Below, piece after piece: positions 27,860 to 41,055 of a DNA stretch of 64,000 nt. The DNA is from Octopus vulgaris (Eukaryota). The stretch is from NCBI GenBank assembly GCA_951406725.2, contig OX597835.1, positions 29,016,001 to 29,080,000 on the forward strand. The letters are read 5' to 3'. The position numbers and the translations under genes are program-made. Under the pieces are notes generated by a model that saw nothing but the letters and a program-made list of their open reading frames with translations, was not told the origin of the DNA and did no database searches. The stretch's first letter is position 1. Each line of letters starts with the position of its first letter.

Positions 27860-28605
27860 CATGTATATATGTTTGTGTGTCTGTATTTGCCCCCCCCCCC
27901 CATCATCATCACATGACAACCGATGTTGGTGTGTTTACGTCCCCGTAACTAAGCGGTTCGACAAAAGAGAGAGCGATAGAATAAGTACTAGGCTTACAAA
28001 GAATCTACGGTCGATTCGTTCGACTAAAAGTGGTGCTCCAGCATGACCGCAGTCAAATGACCAAACTAGATAAAAGAATACAAGACTACTTAATGATTAC
28101 GAAAATCAATGTTAATATATTTAATGCTTACTTGAATTTGTGTTAAGATATTAAATGTTTAGTTAAGTAGGTTAATTTTAACATATTCTTTCTTCTTTTC
28201 TTCTTTTACTTGTTTCAGTCATTTGACAGCGGCCATGCCGGAGCACCGCATTTAGTCGAGCAAATCGACCCCGGGACTTATTCTTTGTAAGCCTAGTACT
28301 TATTCTATCGGTCTCTTTTGCCGAATCGCTAAGTGACGGGGACGTAAACACACCAGCATCGGTTGTCAAGCAATGCTAGGGGGACAAACACAGACACACA
28401 AACATATACACACGCATACATATACATATATACATATATACGACAGGCTTCTTTCAGTTTCCGTGTGCCAAATCCACTCACAAGGCATTGGTCGGCCCGA
28501 GGCTATAGCAGAAGACACTTGCCCAAGATGCCACGCAGTGGGACTGAACCCGGAAACATGTGGTTGGTAAGCAAGCTACTTACCACACAGCCACTCCTGC
28601 GCCTA
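27860..28605. mobile_element. SINE family B pair: 3' half on + (27860-28085) and full copy on - (28190-28605)
   Basis: Matches the family B consensus. Confidence 0.88.
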
Positions 28606-28943
28606 TGTGACGCTTTTAAAACTTTAAAGAAAAGTAATGATAAGGAGAAAAAAAGTAATATACAATGATTAATGTAATGCTAAATATATTTGCAATGCAG
28701 GTATATTTAGGTTTTATTTTAATATCGTCATCAAAATATAGATTCGTCGTCAGAGAGAAAAATAGTTGATAAACACTGAAGAGATGGTGTTACAAGATTA
28801 CAATATATAATGTTTCAGCAAGTAATTATGTAATCCTGTCAGTAATTTACCGAAACACATGTGTGTTTTATAAAGCATAAAGGAAATATGGATAAGATAA
28901 TCTGACATATATATACATACGTGTGTGTGTGTGCGTGTGTATG

Positions 28944-28974
<31 letters not shown>

Positions 28975-29192
28975 AGATGTGTATACATATGTGACTGGAC
29001 GCTTTCCACTCATGATTTCAAGTAAAATGAAATCACGTGATATGGGTGTTCTATCGCCTATGGCAAACGATTCTCGTCTGATACGATCTATGCGTGCACA
29101 AATATCGCAGGATTCGGTGTTCAAAAAATACATTCATATTAAGTTGGATATGAAATGATATTTTGCTACTAATACAGCCTTGGTCGCTTTCA

Positions 29193-29232
<40 letters not shown>

Positions 29233-29259
29233 TGTGTGTGTGTGTGTGTACGGTAAAAA

Positions 29260-29555
29260 CCGCCTACTGTGGCGAATGGACGAGGGATTGCATTTAAAAC
29301 ACCTAGAACATTCTTATCCGTGGCACAAATCCAGGCCAAGTTGCTTGTCACCCATTCATACTAGTCTCCTCTCACTATGTCGCTGACGTTCTCCAAGAGA
29401 AAGGTAATCGCAAATCATTTCTACAGCTGCGGGGACTGGACCAAAGTCAATTAAAGTGCCTTGCTCAACAACACAACGCAGCCCGTTCCGGGAATCGAAC
29501 CCACGACCTCGCGATTTTAGGCTCTATGTTCTAACCACTGAGCCAGGCGCCTACA
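29260..29555 (-). mobile_element. tRNA-derived CORE-like SINE
   Basis: Minus-strand head gcctggctcagtggttag...gggttcgattcccgg, then tgtgttgttgagcaaggcacttta. Confidence 0.75.
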
Positions 29556-29557
29556 GT

Positions 29558-29606
<49 letters not shown>

Positions 29607-29648
29607 GATATATGTATATATATATCTATATCTATCTATCTATCTATC

Positions 29649-29704
<56 letters not shown>

Positions 29705-29756
29705 CACACACACAGATATATGTATATATATGTGTATATATATATATGTATGTGTA

Positions 29757-29968
29757 TCAAAATGTGACCTCGTGTGTACCGTTGGCGATTTTTTTGCTCT
29801 GTCTTCCCTTCTCTAGATCTTTCCTTCTCCTATGTTTCCGACGAAGAGCTCCGCTCGAAACGTTAAACCCTCCTTATTTCCTTCTTTCCTGAGCGTCCAA
29901 TAATACTATATTTGTTCCACGTCCTCGCGTTGTTATGTTTTTTCGTGTTGTCTTGTTCGGATTAACTT
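29757..29968 (+). mobile_element. about 210-bp (TA)n-embedded element carrying a CCGACGA hammerhead-like motif (29834-29868)
   Basis: gttt-CCGACGA-a-gagc(tcc)gctc-GAAA-cg-TT-aaac; further copies at 52363-52564 (+), 54470-54685 (-) and 61999-62196 (-). Confidence 0.8.
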
Positions 29969-29979
29969 TATATATATAT

Positions 29980-30225
29980 ATTGGCACGTGGCTTAGTGGT
30001 TAGGGTGTTGGACTCATGATCGTAATATTGGGGTTTCGATTCTTGGACCGGCCGGTATGTTGTGTTCCTGGGCAAAATCATTTCACGTTGCTCCAGTAAA
30101 CACAGCTAACAAAAATGAGTAACCCTGCGTCCGAATAGCGTCCCGTCCAGCCAGGGAATTTACATGCCATGGGAACCAGAAACTGTCCCTATGAAGCTAT
30201 ATGATTTGAATTAACTTTACTTTAC
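29980..30225 (+). mobile_element. SINE family C
   Basis: gtggcttagtggttagggtgttggactcatgatcgtaa... Confidence 0.8.
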
Positions 30226-30229
30226 TAGT

Positions 30230-30293
<64 letters not shown>

Positions 30294-30360
30294 CCTGTGT
30301 AGAATCTATGATGACTATTCTGTGAACAAAAAATATAGATTATAATACCTATATTGCTAA

Positions 30361-31362
30361 ACTAGCGTGACTCGTGAATATTTCACGGAATTAATGGCAA
30401 ATTTCTGAAAACTTTCTCCGAAAAGCATTATCAAAAGAACCCCAAAGCCAGTGTTGTGTCCGTATGAAAAGTTAGTTAGTTAATTTTTTTGGCTCAAAAA
30501 GCAAAAAGCAAGGCCATGTAGGGGGACATGGAGTTATGTACAGGGTGGTGTTCATGTAAAAAAGTTCAGGCCACTTGTGATCAAGGGAGACTTTGAACCG
30601 AGCGGTCGTCGGCATCTTCACTATCTCGTCCGGCAGCTTATTCCACGGATCCGCAACCCGGACGGAGAAAGCTCCTCTCCTTCGATTCAGATGAAATCGT
30701 CGCAGATAGTCACCCATCTGCTAAACATTGAAGCGTGAAAAAATTGGAATGCGATGATTACTTAGCATATTTTTGTTGAGATGCTGTGATTTCCTTCAAT
30801 TAATTTTAAGTATTAAACAAAGAATTTTGTAAAATAACTTAGTTATCATTAAGCTAGTATTAGGAGCATACATTTGTGACTAAGGTTTGGTGGAAGATTT
30901 TAATTCAAAACTTATGAAAACAAGACATTTGTACTGCAGAGCCAGCGGCAGTTTCACGGGAGTTGGTATCGAAAGCGTTAATGCACTTTATATATACACT
31001 TTATATACACAATTTTATAGACTTAATGCACAATTTTATAGACTTAATACACAACACTATCTCTCTTAATACACTCTCTCTCTCTCTCTCTCTCTTTCTC
31101 TCTTGTTCTTTGCCTTACCTTCTTCTCTCTCTTTCTCTCTCTTTTCTTTCTCCTCCTTTTTCTCTCGCTCTTCATCTTTCTCTTCAACTAATCACGTGAA
31201 AGCGTTAGGTAACGGAGGAAAAAACTATACATTTATGCATTTCACTCACCACCACCTCCCCACCTCCCCGCCTCCCGCTCTCCTTCTCGGCCCCTTCAGC
31301 TAATCACGTGAATGCGCTACGGACGGGCTAAGTAACGGAGAAAGAAGCATAATTTTTATACA
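30361..31362 (+). mobile_element. HINE-like element (second copy) containing nested insertions
   Basis: actagc start, subterminal hairpin cgtgaa-tat-ttcacg; shares blocks with 25176-27400. Confidence 0.55.
30470..30706 (-). mobile_element. CR1-type LINE 3' end
   Basis: RRFHLNRRRGAFSVRVADPWNKLPDEIVKMPTTARFKVSLD matches FS.RV...WN.LP...V....FK..LD; (AACT)n tail. Confidence 0.85.
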
Positions 31363-31656
31363 ATTCAAGTAGAATATGTAATAAAGTAAGGCAAACACTT
31401 TATGGAATTGGTGTGTGAGGTTAGTCTGAGTTTCCAGCTCAATTACGGTATTAATTAAGCACTCTACAGAGTAATCACTTGATTAATGTAAGGTATTATA
31501 TTTCAAATATATACATATGTTCTGTTCTTTGTATACTGAGGTGTAGCTGATGTGAGTCGCTAAGATTTTATAGAAAAAAGAATCAAAGCATAGAATTTAA
31601 AACGGAGGATAAATGTAAAGAAAAAATAGGAAGCAAAAACAAAAAATGAATAAACA

Positions 31657-32062
31657 AGGCGTAGGAGTGGCTGTGTGGTAAGTAGCTTGCTTACAAACCA
31701 CATGGTTCCGGGTTCAATCCCACTGCGTGGCACCTTGGGCAAGTGTCTTCTACTATAGCCTCGGGCCTACCAAAGCCTTGTAAGTGGATTTGGTAGTCGG
31801 AAACTGAAAGAAGCCCGTCGTATACATGCATATATGTATGTGTGTGTATGTTTGTGTTTCTCACCCACAACATCGCTTGACAACCGATGCTGGTGTGTTT
31901 ACGTCCCCGTAACTTAGCGGTTCGGCAAAAGATCCTGATAGAATAAGTACTAGGCTTACAAAGAATAAGTCCTGGGGTCGATTTACTCAACTAAAGGCGG
32001 TGCTCCAGCATCGCCACAGTCACATGACTGAAACAAGTAAAAGAGTAAAAGCGTAAGAGTAA
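31657..32062 (+). mobile_element. SINE family B, full length
   Basis: Consensus match from head to tail. Confidence 0.92.
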
Positions 32063-33642
32063 ATGAATAAATAAATAAACAAATAAATGGGAGAAAATAT
32101 CTTCGAGGTTACAATTAGAAGAATGAGAACGAAAATTTACTTGAGTTATTGGATATTTTGCGATCTGAAAATAAAGTGCGAATATGAATATTTCTGTGAA
32201 TACCCGTGGTACATGGAATCAATCATCGCTTACATTGGATGATAACAAATGAAAAAACTATGTATGAGAGTAAGGCGGTGATCTGGTAGAATCGTTAGCA
32301 CACCTGGCAAAATGCTTAGAGATTTGAGTTCAAATTCCGCCGAGGTCGAATTTACCTTTGGCCATTTCAGGGCCGATAAAATTAATTACCATTTGAGTAT
32401 TAGGGTTGATGTAATCAACTTCCCCCACACCACTCCGGACGTTGCTGACCTTAGGCCAAAATTTGAACTCAATATATGCGTGAGAACGTACGAACATACG
32501 CACATTGGTATGAATGATTATACTACATGGAATCTGTACAAGAATGCATTTAATAACATAAATAGGGAGCTGGTTATAATGGGTGTTCAACTTGGCAGTT
32601 TAATGAATTCGATAAATGGGTGTTAAATTGTCGGAAGTTTTCAAAAATGTCGGATCTTGTACTTAAGAGGATAAAAAATAGCTGAAGATTTTTATTTATA
32701 AAAATGAGGTACTTCTCAGGTTTGCACATATTGCATCTTCCATGGACTCTCCTCTTGGTAAAATTGTCAATTGCATCTTCTTGCAATTGCTATATGTCGT
32801 CTGAGAATTAGTACGCATTTTTTTCATTTCAGTATTAACAAAATGTGAAAGGGAAGTTGATGTACCTTAGTATAAACTTTCCTTTAGTCATACCTATGTA
32901 GTGTTTGCGTATTACGTCATGGTCTCGTTTCATTCGAAAAAACTACCGCTACATATGTCATGTGATACCGGTGTAGCGTTCATTGTTTAATATTTTATTC
33001 AATCAACGCAGCGAACTGGCAGAACTGTTAGCACGCCGGACAAAATGGTTAGCGGCATTTCTCCCGTCTTTGCGATCTGAGTTCAAATTCTACTGGGCTC
33101 GACTTTGCCTGTCATGCTTTCAGGTTGATAAAATAAATACCAGTTGAAAACTGTGATCGACTTAATCGACTTAACCTCTCACCCCAAGCAACTGGCTTTC
33201 TGCCACAACATAAAACTAATATTTATTCCGTCAAGGTGACAAGCTGAAAGACGTTTTAGCATGCCGGACAAAATGTTTTGCAGCATTTCTTCCGGCTTTA
33301 CGTACTCAGTTCAAATATCCCAATGTCAAATTTACCTTTCGTTCTTTCGGGGTCGATAAAATAAATACCAACTGAGCACTGGGTTCCAAATAATGGACTC
33401 TTTCCCCATAAATTTCAGGCTCTGTGCCTATGGTACACAATGATATTTTATTTAATCCTATTTTCACATTTAATTTTATGTAATTATTTTTTGTATTTTT
33501 ATCTTCTCAATTTTCCCATTAATATTTTTATTTTATTGACAAAAGGAAACAACTTATTTCAGCCTTTATGAATCGCAGCTTTTACAACCTTTCAATTCCC
33601 AGAAATTAGTATATCTTTTCAGCTTAGTCTATTCTAATAAAG

Positions 33643-33696
33643 TGTCTGACGAACGCTCAATTAATTGCTTAATTGAGCAAGAAACTGCGTGCAACA
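33643..33696 (+). ncRNA. hammerhead-like motif with long helix II (probably inactivated)
   Basis: tgt-CTGACGA-ac-gctcaattaa(ttgc)ttaattgagc-aa-GAAA-ctgcgtg-CA-aca; U16.1 replaced by C. Confidence 0.55.
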
Positions 33697-33879
33697 TGGT
33701 TACTCTATACGAGTGTATACATACATTCCTGCGTACATAATATATGCCCATATTCATTTATATATATATTCATATACATATACATACGTTCACACACATA
33801 TATATGTATATATATATATATATACATCATACGTACTCACACACACACAGACATATATATATATGTATGTATACCTCTT

Positions 33880-34272
33880 TTTTCTCTTTTTACTTGTTTC
33901 AGTCGTTTTGACTGCGGGCATGCTGGAGCACCGCCTTTAATCGAGCAACTCGACCCCGGGACTTATTCTTTGTAAGCCCAGTACTTATTCTATCGGTCTC
34001 TTTTGCCGAACCGCTAAGTGACGGGGACATAAACACACCAGCATCGGTTGTCAAGCAATGCTAGGGGGACAAACACAGACACACAAACATACACGCACAT
34101 ACATATATATACATTTATACGACGGGCTTCTTTCAGTTTCCGTCTACCAAATCCACTCACAGTGCTTTGGTCGGCCCGAGGATATAGTAGAAAACACTTG
34201 CCCAAGGTGCCACGCAGTGGGACTGAACCCGGAACCATGTGGTTGGTAAACAAGCTACTTACCACACAGCCA
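33880..34272 (-). mobile_element. SINE family B
   Basis: Consensus match. Confidence 0.9.
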
Positions 34273-35326
34273 CATATTGTGTGTGTGTTGGGTGTTTTTA
34301 AATCAGTGAACACATACACACGTACATGCAACACATGGCATAATGATTCCAAAGTGCTCAACCTACGAAACTCGAAATCCAGATGGTGCTGCTTGAGTAA
34401 CAGAGAGATCCTCGTCGCCTGCAGTAGCTGACTCAAATCTCTCCAGAAGCCAGAAAGTCTCAAAAACTATTGTTGCATTATCATTTATTGAATAATCCCG
34501 TCAACGTATATCGCAGTTCAGGCAACCTAAATAGTTAAATATAGTTGTGTCTCACGGAAAAATTCCGCTAAATTATAAAACCATCCAGCTACAATGTTAG
34601 TGCTTTAGAATATACAGCCCTTTCGGTATTTTCATAATAAGGGAGGGTATTTCAAGAGCCAGTATTTAAGCTATATATCTATTCCGTAAGATACACATAC
34701 TGGCACAAAAATTTAAATGTATATGGCACTTGGACGTCTTCGATATTGACAATCTCAGTGTTACGTAGTTTATTCTGCACTTCTACAATAAATGCACCCT
34801 CTTCTTAACTCATTGTGGCTTCTATAAAGATGACAAATACTACGTTTACATAAAAACAACAGACATCTAAAATGCATGATCAGAGATAATGTTTAACTGT
34901 CGTCACGAAAAGAAGTCGAAATAACTCTCTCCAGCTTCAACAAAACTGGTGAGGTTAGAATCAACGTAAACAGCTTAGAAACCGGAAGTCTGCGGGCCAT
35001 CATTTTGTAGACAAGTTAAACAGTAAGTGAACACCGAACTTTATTGATAAGATGGGTATTTGCTCCACGATCCAGCCATGTGTGAGTGAGGAATGTCCAA
35101 GGCCGGTGTCATACAGCTTTCAGTAATGGAATGCCGTAGGTTGAAACTATAACTCTATAGATTAAATATTTACATTATCAATAGTATTGAGTTCTCTGTA
35201 GCTTCACTCATAATATTACCGTGAACGTAATAACACATACACATACACCACTGACTCCCTCTCTCTTTACACACACATACGTACATACACACACACACAC
35301 AACACACATATATATGTATGAATGTG

Positions 35327-35375
<49 letters not shown>

Positions 35376-35412
35376 ATGTGCATATATGTATATGTAGATG
35401 TATATGTGCGTT

Positions 35413-35453
<41 letters not shown>

Positions 35454-35995
35454 TGTGTGTGTGTGTGTGAATATGTGTGTTTGAGTGTGTGTGTATGTAA
35501 ACAAGTAAAGAAATACATATATGATGAAGCAATTCCCGAGGTGTATTAGTTACGTCTAATGTTTTGCAGTGAGTGGAAGAGAAAGAAGAAAGAGAACAAG
35601 TTATGAGGTGGCGGCGGTGGTGGCGACGGCGATGTTTGTTGATATATATATTGGTGTGGTTGTGTGTGTGTGTGTGTGTGTTTGTGTGTGTGTAGTTGTA
35701 TGTAATGTGTTTGTGTGTTTGTATATAACCGTACATGTTTGTGTGCGTTTGTGTGTATGCATGTGTCAGTGGGGGGATGGATGGATGGGTGGGGAGTAAT
35801 TATAGGGATGGAGGTGGGGATAGGTATGGGGTGGTTGTTAGCTGGTTGGGTTAAGAGAGGGTGAGAGAGGGTGAGAGGGAGAGAGAGAGAGATTTTGCAG
35901 GAATAAAAGAAAGAGTAAAAGAAGACTGAATGAGAGAAAGACGGAGGTGTGGTGGTTTATCTAGTAGTAGTAGCAGTTGTAGTAGTAGTAGTAGT

Positions 35996-36033
<38 letters not shown>

Positions 36034-36843
36034 TAGCAGCAGTAGTAGCAGTAGCAGCAGCAGTAGTAGTAGTAGTAGCAGTAGTAGTAGCAGTAATAGT
36101 AGCTGTAGTAGTAGTAGTAGTACGTGTGATGGCTTGTGCGTGTTTGTGTGTGAGGGTGCATGTGTGCGTGGGGGTATATGGGGATGTGGGTGTGTATGTG
36201 TGTGTGTAGATAGTAGGCTTGGGGTAGGTTAGTAGGTGGTGGGTGGACAAGGGAGGCGAGTAGTTGACTAGTTAGATGTGAAATAAATATTATGACAACT
36301 GTATAATTAGGACGCGTCACCAACCTTCCACCTCCCGTTCCCCTTCTCCATCTCGTCTTCTCGTATTTACATCTTCATTACTACCATAATTATTAGCGAT
36401 TAGAGGAAGAGGAGAAGAAACACGTGGAGAGAGAGAGGGGGGACTGGGAGGGGAGAGAGAGGGAGAGGTGAAAAGAGAAGAGGAGAGGAGAGGGGAGGGG
36501 AGGGGAGGGTGTTGTTAGGTAGTGGGATTGCGAGAGGACGAAATAAAGAAAGAAATGAAGTGGCAACAACAACAACAACAACAGCAACAACAACAGTAAA
36601 AATCATAGCAAATAAAAACAACAGTGACAAAAACTGTCAGTACCACCGCCACAACAACAACAACAACAACAGCAACAGAAACTGCAACACCACCAATACC
36701 AACAACAACAACTATTAACAACATCATCACTAGCGCAGATCCCACGGCTGCAACATTACAACGAGAACATCTACTACAGCCTACACGACAACAAAAACAA
36801 CAACGGCTCAGTAGAGTAGCAACAATGGCAACACTAAGCATTA

Positions 36844-36903
<60 letters not shown>

Positions 36904-37154
36904 AACTACTACTGCTGCTGCTGCTGCTGCTATGACAGCAGATATCGGAACAACACAAACAACAGTCTCCATCACAACATAACAACAGCAAGTGCAATCA
37001 GCTGAAGAGCAACAATGACAAGAAGAACTAGCACCGCCACTAAAACCACCATTAGCACCATCAGTGGTGGTTCAGTAACCACTATAATAATATCGCAATG
37101 AGAACAACCACAACAGCTTCCATTACAGCAACAGCAACAACAGCAATAATAATA

Positions 37155-37187
<33 letters not shown>

Positions 37188-37189
37188 TC

Positions 37190-38640
37190 TTTCTATTTTA
37201 GACACAAGGTCTGAAAAGTTGGGGTGGGGGAAGGGGTGTAATCAACTTCATCGACCCCAGTACTCAACAGGTACTTCTTTTATCGACCCTGAAAGGATGA
37301 AAGGCAAAGTGGACCTCAGAAGAATTTGAACCCAGAACGTAAAGACGGACGAAATGCTGCTAATCAATTTTCCCGGCGTGCTAACGATTCCACCAGCTCG
37401 CAGCCTTAATAATAATAATAACGGTTTCAAATGTTGGCAGGAGGGAAGCAATTTCGGGGGAGGGAGTCAGTTGATTTCATCGCCCACACCTGGCACAGGG
37501 GCCAGTTTTTGAGGGAAGTTGGAAGTTAATTACATCGACCCTCGTACTTAAAAGCAAAGATGACCGTGACAGAATTTGAACCCTGAACGGAAACAAAACG
37601 CCTCTATGAATTTTGTCTGGTTCAGTAACTATTCTGCTAAATTACTGCTTACACAACAACCAGGGCTCAGCTTGTACTTTTCTTATTCCATCAATACCGA
37701 AAGGATGAAAGGTTAAGTCCACCACAGCGGAATTTGAACTCAGAGCGTAAGAACGGACGAAATGCCGCGAAGCAATTTGCCCGGCGTGCTAACGATTCCA
37801 CCAGCTCACCATCTTACGCAACCATTACCATTGTAACAACAGTAATACAAAGCACCACCACCACCTCCAGCCCCCCTCCCCAATAACAACATCAATAATA
37901 AGATGGCTAGCTGGCAGAATCGTTAGCGCGCTGGACGAAATGCTTAGCTTTTACGTTCTGAGTTCAAATTCCACCGAGGTCGACTTCCAACTTCCCTCAA
38001 AAACTGGCCCCTGTGCCAGGTGTGGGCGATGAAATCAACTGACTCCCTCCCCCGAAATTGCTCCCCTCCTGCCAACATTTGAAACCGTTATTATTATTAA
38101 GGCTGCGAGCTGGTGGAATCGTTAGCACGCCGGGCAAATTGATTAGCAGCATTTCGTCCGTCTTTACGTTCTGGGTTCAAATTCCTCTGAGGTCCACTTT
38201 GCCTTTCATCCTTTCAGGGTCGATAAAAGAAGTACCTGTTGAGTACTGGGGTCGATGAAGTTGATTACACCCCTTCCCTCACCCCAACTTTTCATCCTTT
38301 TCATCCTTTCAAGGTCGATGAAATAAGTACCAGTTACGTACTGGGGTTGATGTAATCGACTAGCCCCCCCCCCCCCAATTTTCAAGGCCTTCTGCCTAGA
38401 ATAGAAATATCGACAGTAATAATAATCCTTTTTACTGAAGGCACAAGGCCTGAAATTTGGGGGAAAGGGACTCGTCGATTAGATCGACCACAGTGTTTCA
38501 CTGGTACTTAATTTATCGACCCCGAAAGGATGAAAGCAAAGCCCACCTCGGCAGAATTTGAACTCACAACGTAAGGACGGACGAAATGTCGCTAAGCATT
38601 TCATCCGGCAGGCAAACGGTTCTGCCAGCTCGCCGCCTTA
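37190..38640. mobile_element. cluster of family A SINEs in both orientations
   Basis: Repeated atcgaccc.gaaaggatgaaag / gccagctcgccgcctt blocks. Confidence 0.85.
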
Positions 38641-40666
38641 CACAACCATTACAATAATCTTTTCTGCTCTAAATACAAGGCCTGTCACCAGTATGAAGAC
38701 TACCTCTGGTGCTACCTGCATGAAGACTATCCCTCACACCACTACCATCACCACCACTAGCATCATTCCCACCACCACCACCACCAGTACCACAACAATA
38801 ACAGCAGCAAAAATAATAATAATAGTAACATCTATCAGGGCTAAAATATGTCGGACAAAATTATTCCGAATCAAACCCTACTAAAGTCATCTTTGCATTC
38901 ATTTTATTTATTTTTTATTGTCTGGTTTGCTAAAATAAATTCCAAACTAGGAACATGATTGACAGAATGGTAAGTGCTTCGGACTGGATGCCTTGTGGTA
39001 TTTATTCTAAGTTCAATTCCCGCCATCGTCTACTTGAGTTGTCGTTCTGATTTTGCCACGCAGTTTAAAACCACCGTCTACCCTCTTTGGGTATCAGTAG
39101 CAGAGTCCACCCGGTTGCAAAATTTTGAGCCAGGGATTAAGGATAACGTCAGCCCTCCTTCCTTCTCTCTTACCAGTGGAAAAATTAAATAGCCCATGGC
39201 TCATTGAAAAGGTCTCGTGAAAGTGCTATGGGAACCACTCCCCCAACCCACCCAGGCTAAACGATATTTTTTTTAAAAATCGTCTTTCACAACAGGAACA
39301 ACAATGACAACAAGAACAAGAACAATTTGATTCCAGTAACGATAGACAGACAAGCATACACACAGACAGACAGACTGACGACAAACAGACAGATAGAACG
39401 ACAAATACCAGAATGAGCGAACGAATGTCACCAAACTAGCTTTCGATACAAACAACCCCTACTCCTGCCCTCTCCCTTCTGCCACATCCTCCTCCTCTTT
39501 CTCTGTTAATGCTATTAACACCACCACCACTACACACAAAACGACCAATATCACCACCACCACCACCACCACCACCACCACCACCACCACCACCACCACC
39601 ACCACCACCACCACCACCACCACCACCACCACCACCACCGCCACCAAACCACCACCACCACCACCACCGACACCAACGCTAACACCACAACCACCACCAC
39701 CGCCACCACCGCCACCAACCCCACCCCCACCCCCACCCCACCCCCACCCCCACCCCCACCCCACCCCCACCACCACAACCACCACCACCGCACCACCACC
39801 ACCACAACCACAACCACCACCACCACAACCATCACCACTACTCTGCCAACAACAAACACGACGTGAAACAACAGCCAACAGCCACCATTACCATAACACT
39901 GCAACCACTACCAGCACCACCAACACCATTTTCGGCAACAACACCACCGCCAGCACTACCACAAACTACTAGTGCCAACCAACCGCAAAGCCACTACCAC
40001 AAACTACTAGTGCCAACCAACCGCAAAGCCACTACCACTTCCACAGTCATCTCGACCAACGCAACCACTACCACCACCACTATCACCGCTCTCACTACCA
40101 CAAACCACCACCACAACCACTACCACGACCACTAACACAACCACAACTATCGCCAGTATGAAGACTACCTCTGGTGCTACCTACATGAAGACAATCCCTC
40201 ACACCGCCACCATCACCACCACTAGCATCATCACCATCATGATTAGTGTAAAGTCTCGACGTTGACAATTGACCTGCGAGAAAAGGCAGCTAAATTTTGC
40301 TCAAATCACACCATGCTCTGTTTAGAAGCCTTGAACACATTAAATAACGTAGTCCTGCAAATAGACCTGAAAAAAGAGGAGGGCCATGGTTGGATTGGTA
40401 TTGATCATATGTTGACTCGATAGTGGCTAATCTAGGGTCAAACCACACCGACGACAACAACAACAACAACAGCAATCTCTAGTTAGAGGATACCCTCCCA
40501 CCTTTATCAATTGCTGAGACCTTGAAAATAGGGTCAGAGTTGTGAATCCTTATCGTCTGACTACACTTTAAAGAACCATAAACAAAGTACAGAATGCTAA
40601 TAACACTGCTGACCCAGAAACCGTCACCGCCATCTCCAACATCACCATCAACAACATTAAGGCTAA

Positions 40667-41055
40667 GATTTCGTGACACGACGTCAGTTGCCATGACGAA
40701 GGTCCCAGTTGATCCGATCAACGGAACAGCCTGCTCTTGAAATTAACGTGCAAGTGGCTAAGCACTCCACAGACACGCGTGCCCTTAACGTAGTTCTGGG
40801 GAAGATTCAGCGTGACACAGAGTGTGACAAGGCTGGCCCATTGAAATGCAGGTACAACAGGTACAGGAAGAAAGAGTGAGAGAAAGTTGTGGTGAAAGAG
40901 TACAGCAGGGTTCGTCAACACCCCCTGCCGGAGCCCCGTGGAGCTTTAAGTGTTTTCGCTCAATAAACACTCACAACGCCCGGTCTGGGAATCGAAACCG
41001 CGATCCTACGATCACGAGTCCACTGCCCTATTCACTAGGCCATTGCACCTCCACA
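40667..41055 (-). mobile_element. tRNA-derived SINE, family D
   Basis: Minus-strand head gtggaggtgcaatggcctagtg...cgcggtttcgattcccagaccgggcg; shares its 5' half with 51430-51737. Confidence 0.8.
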
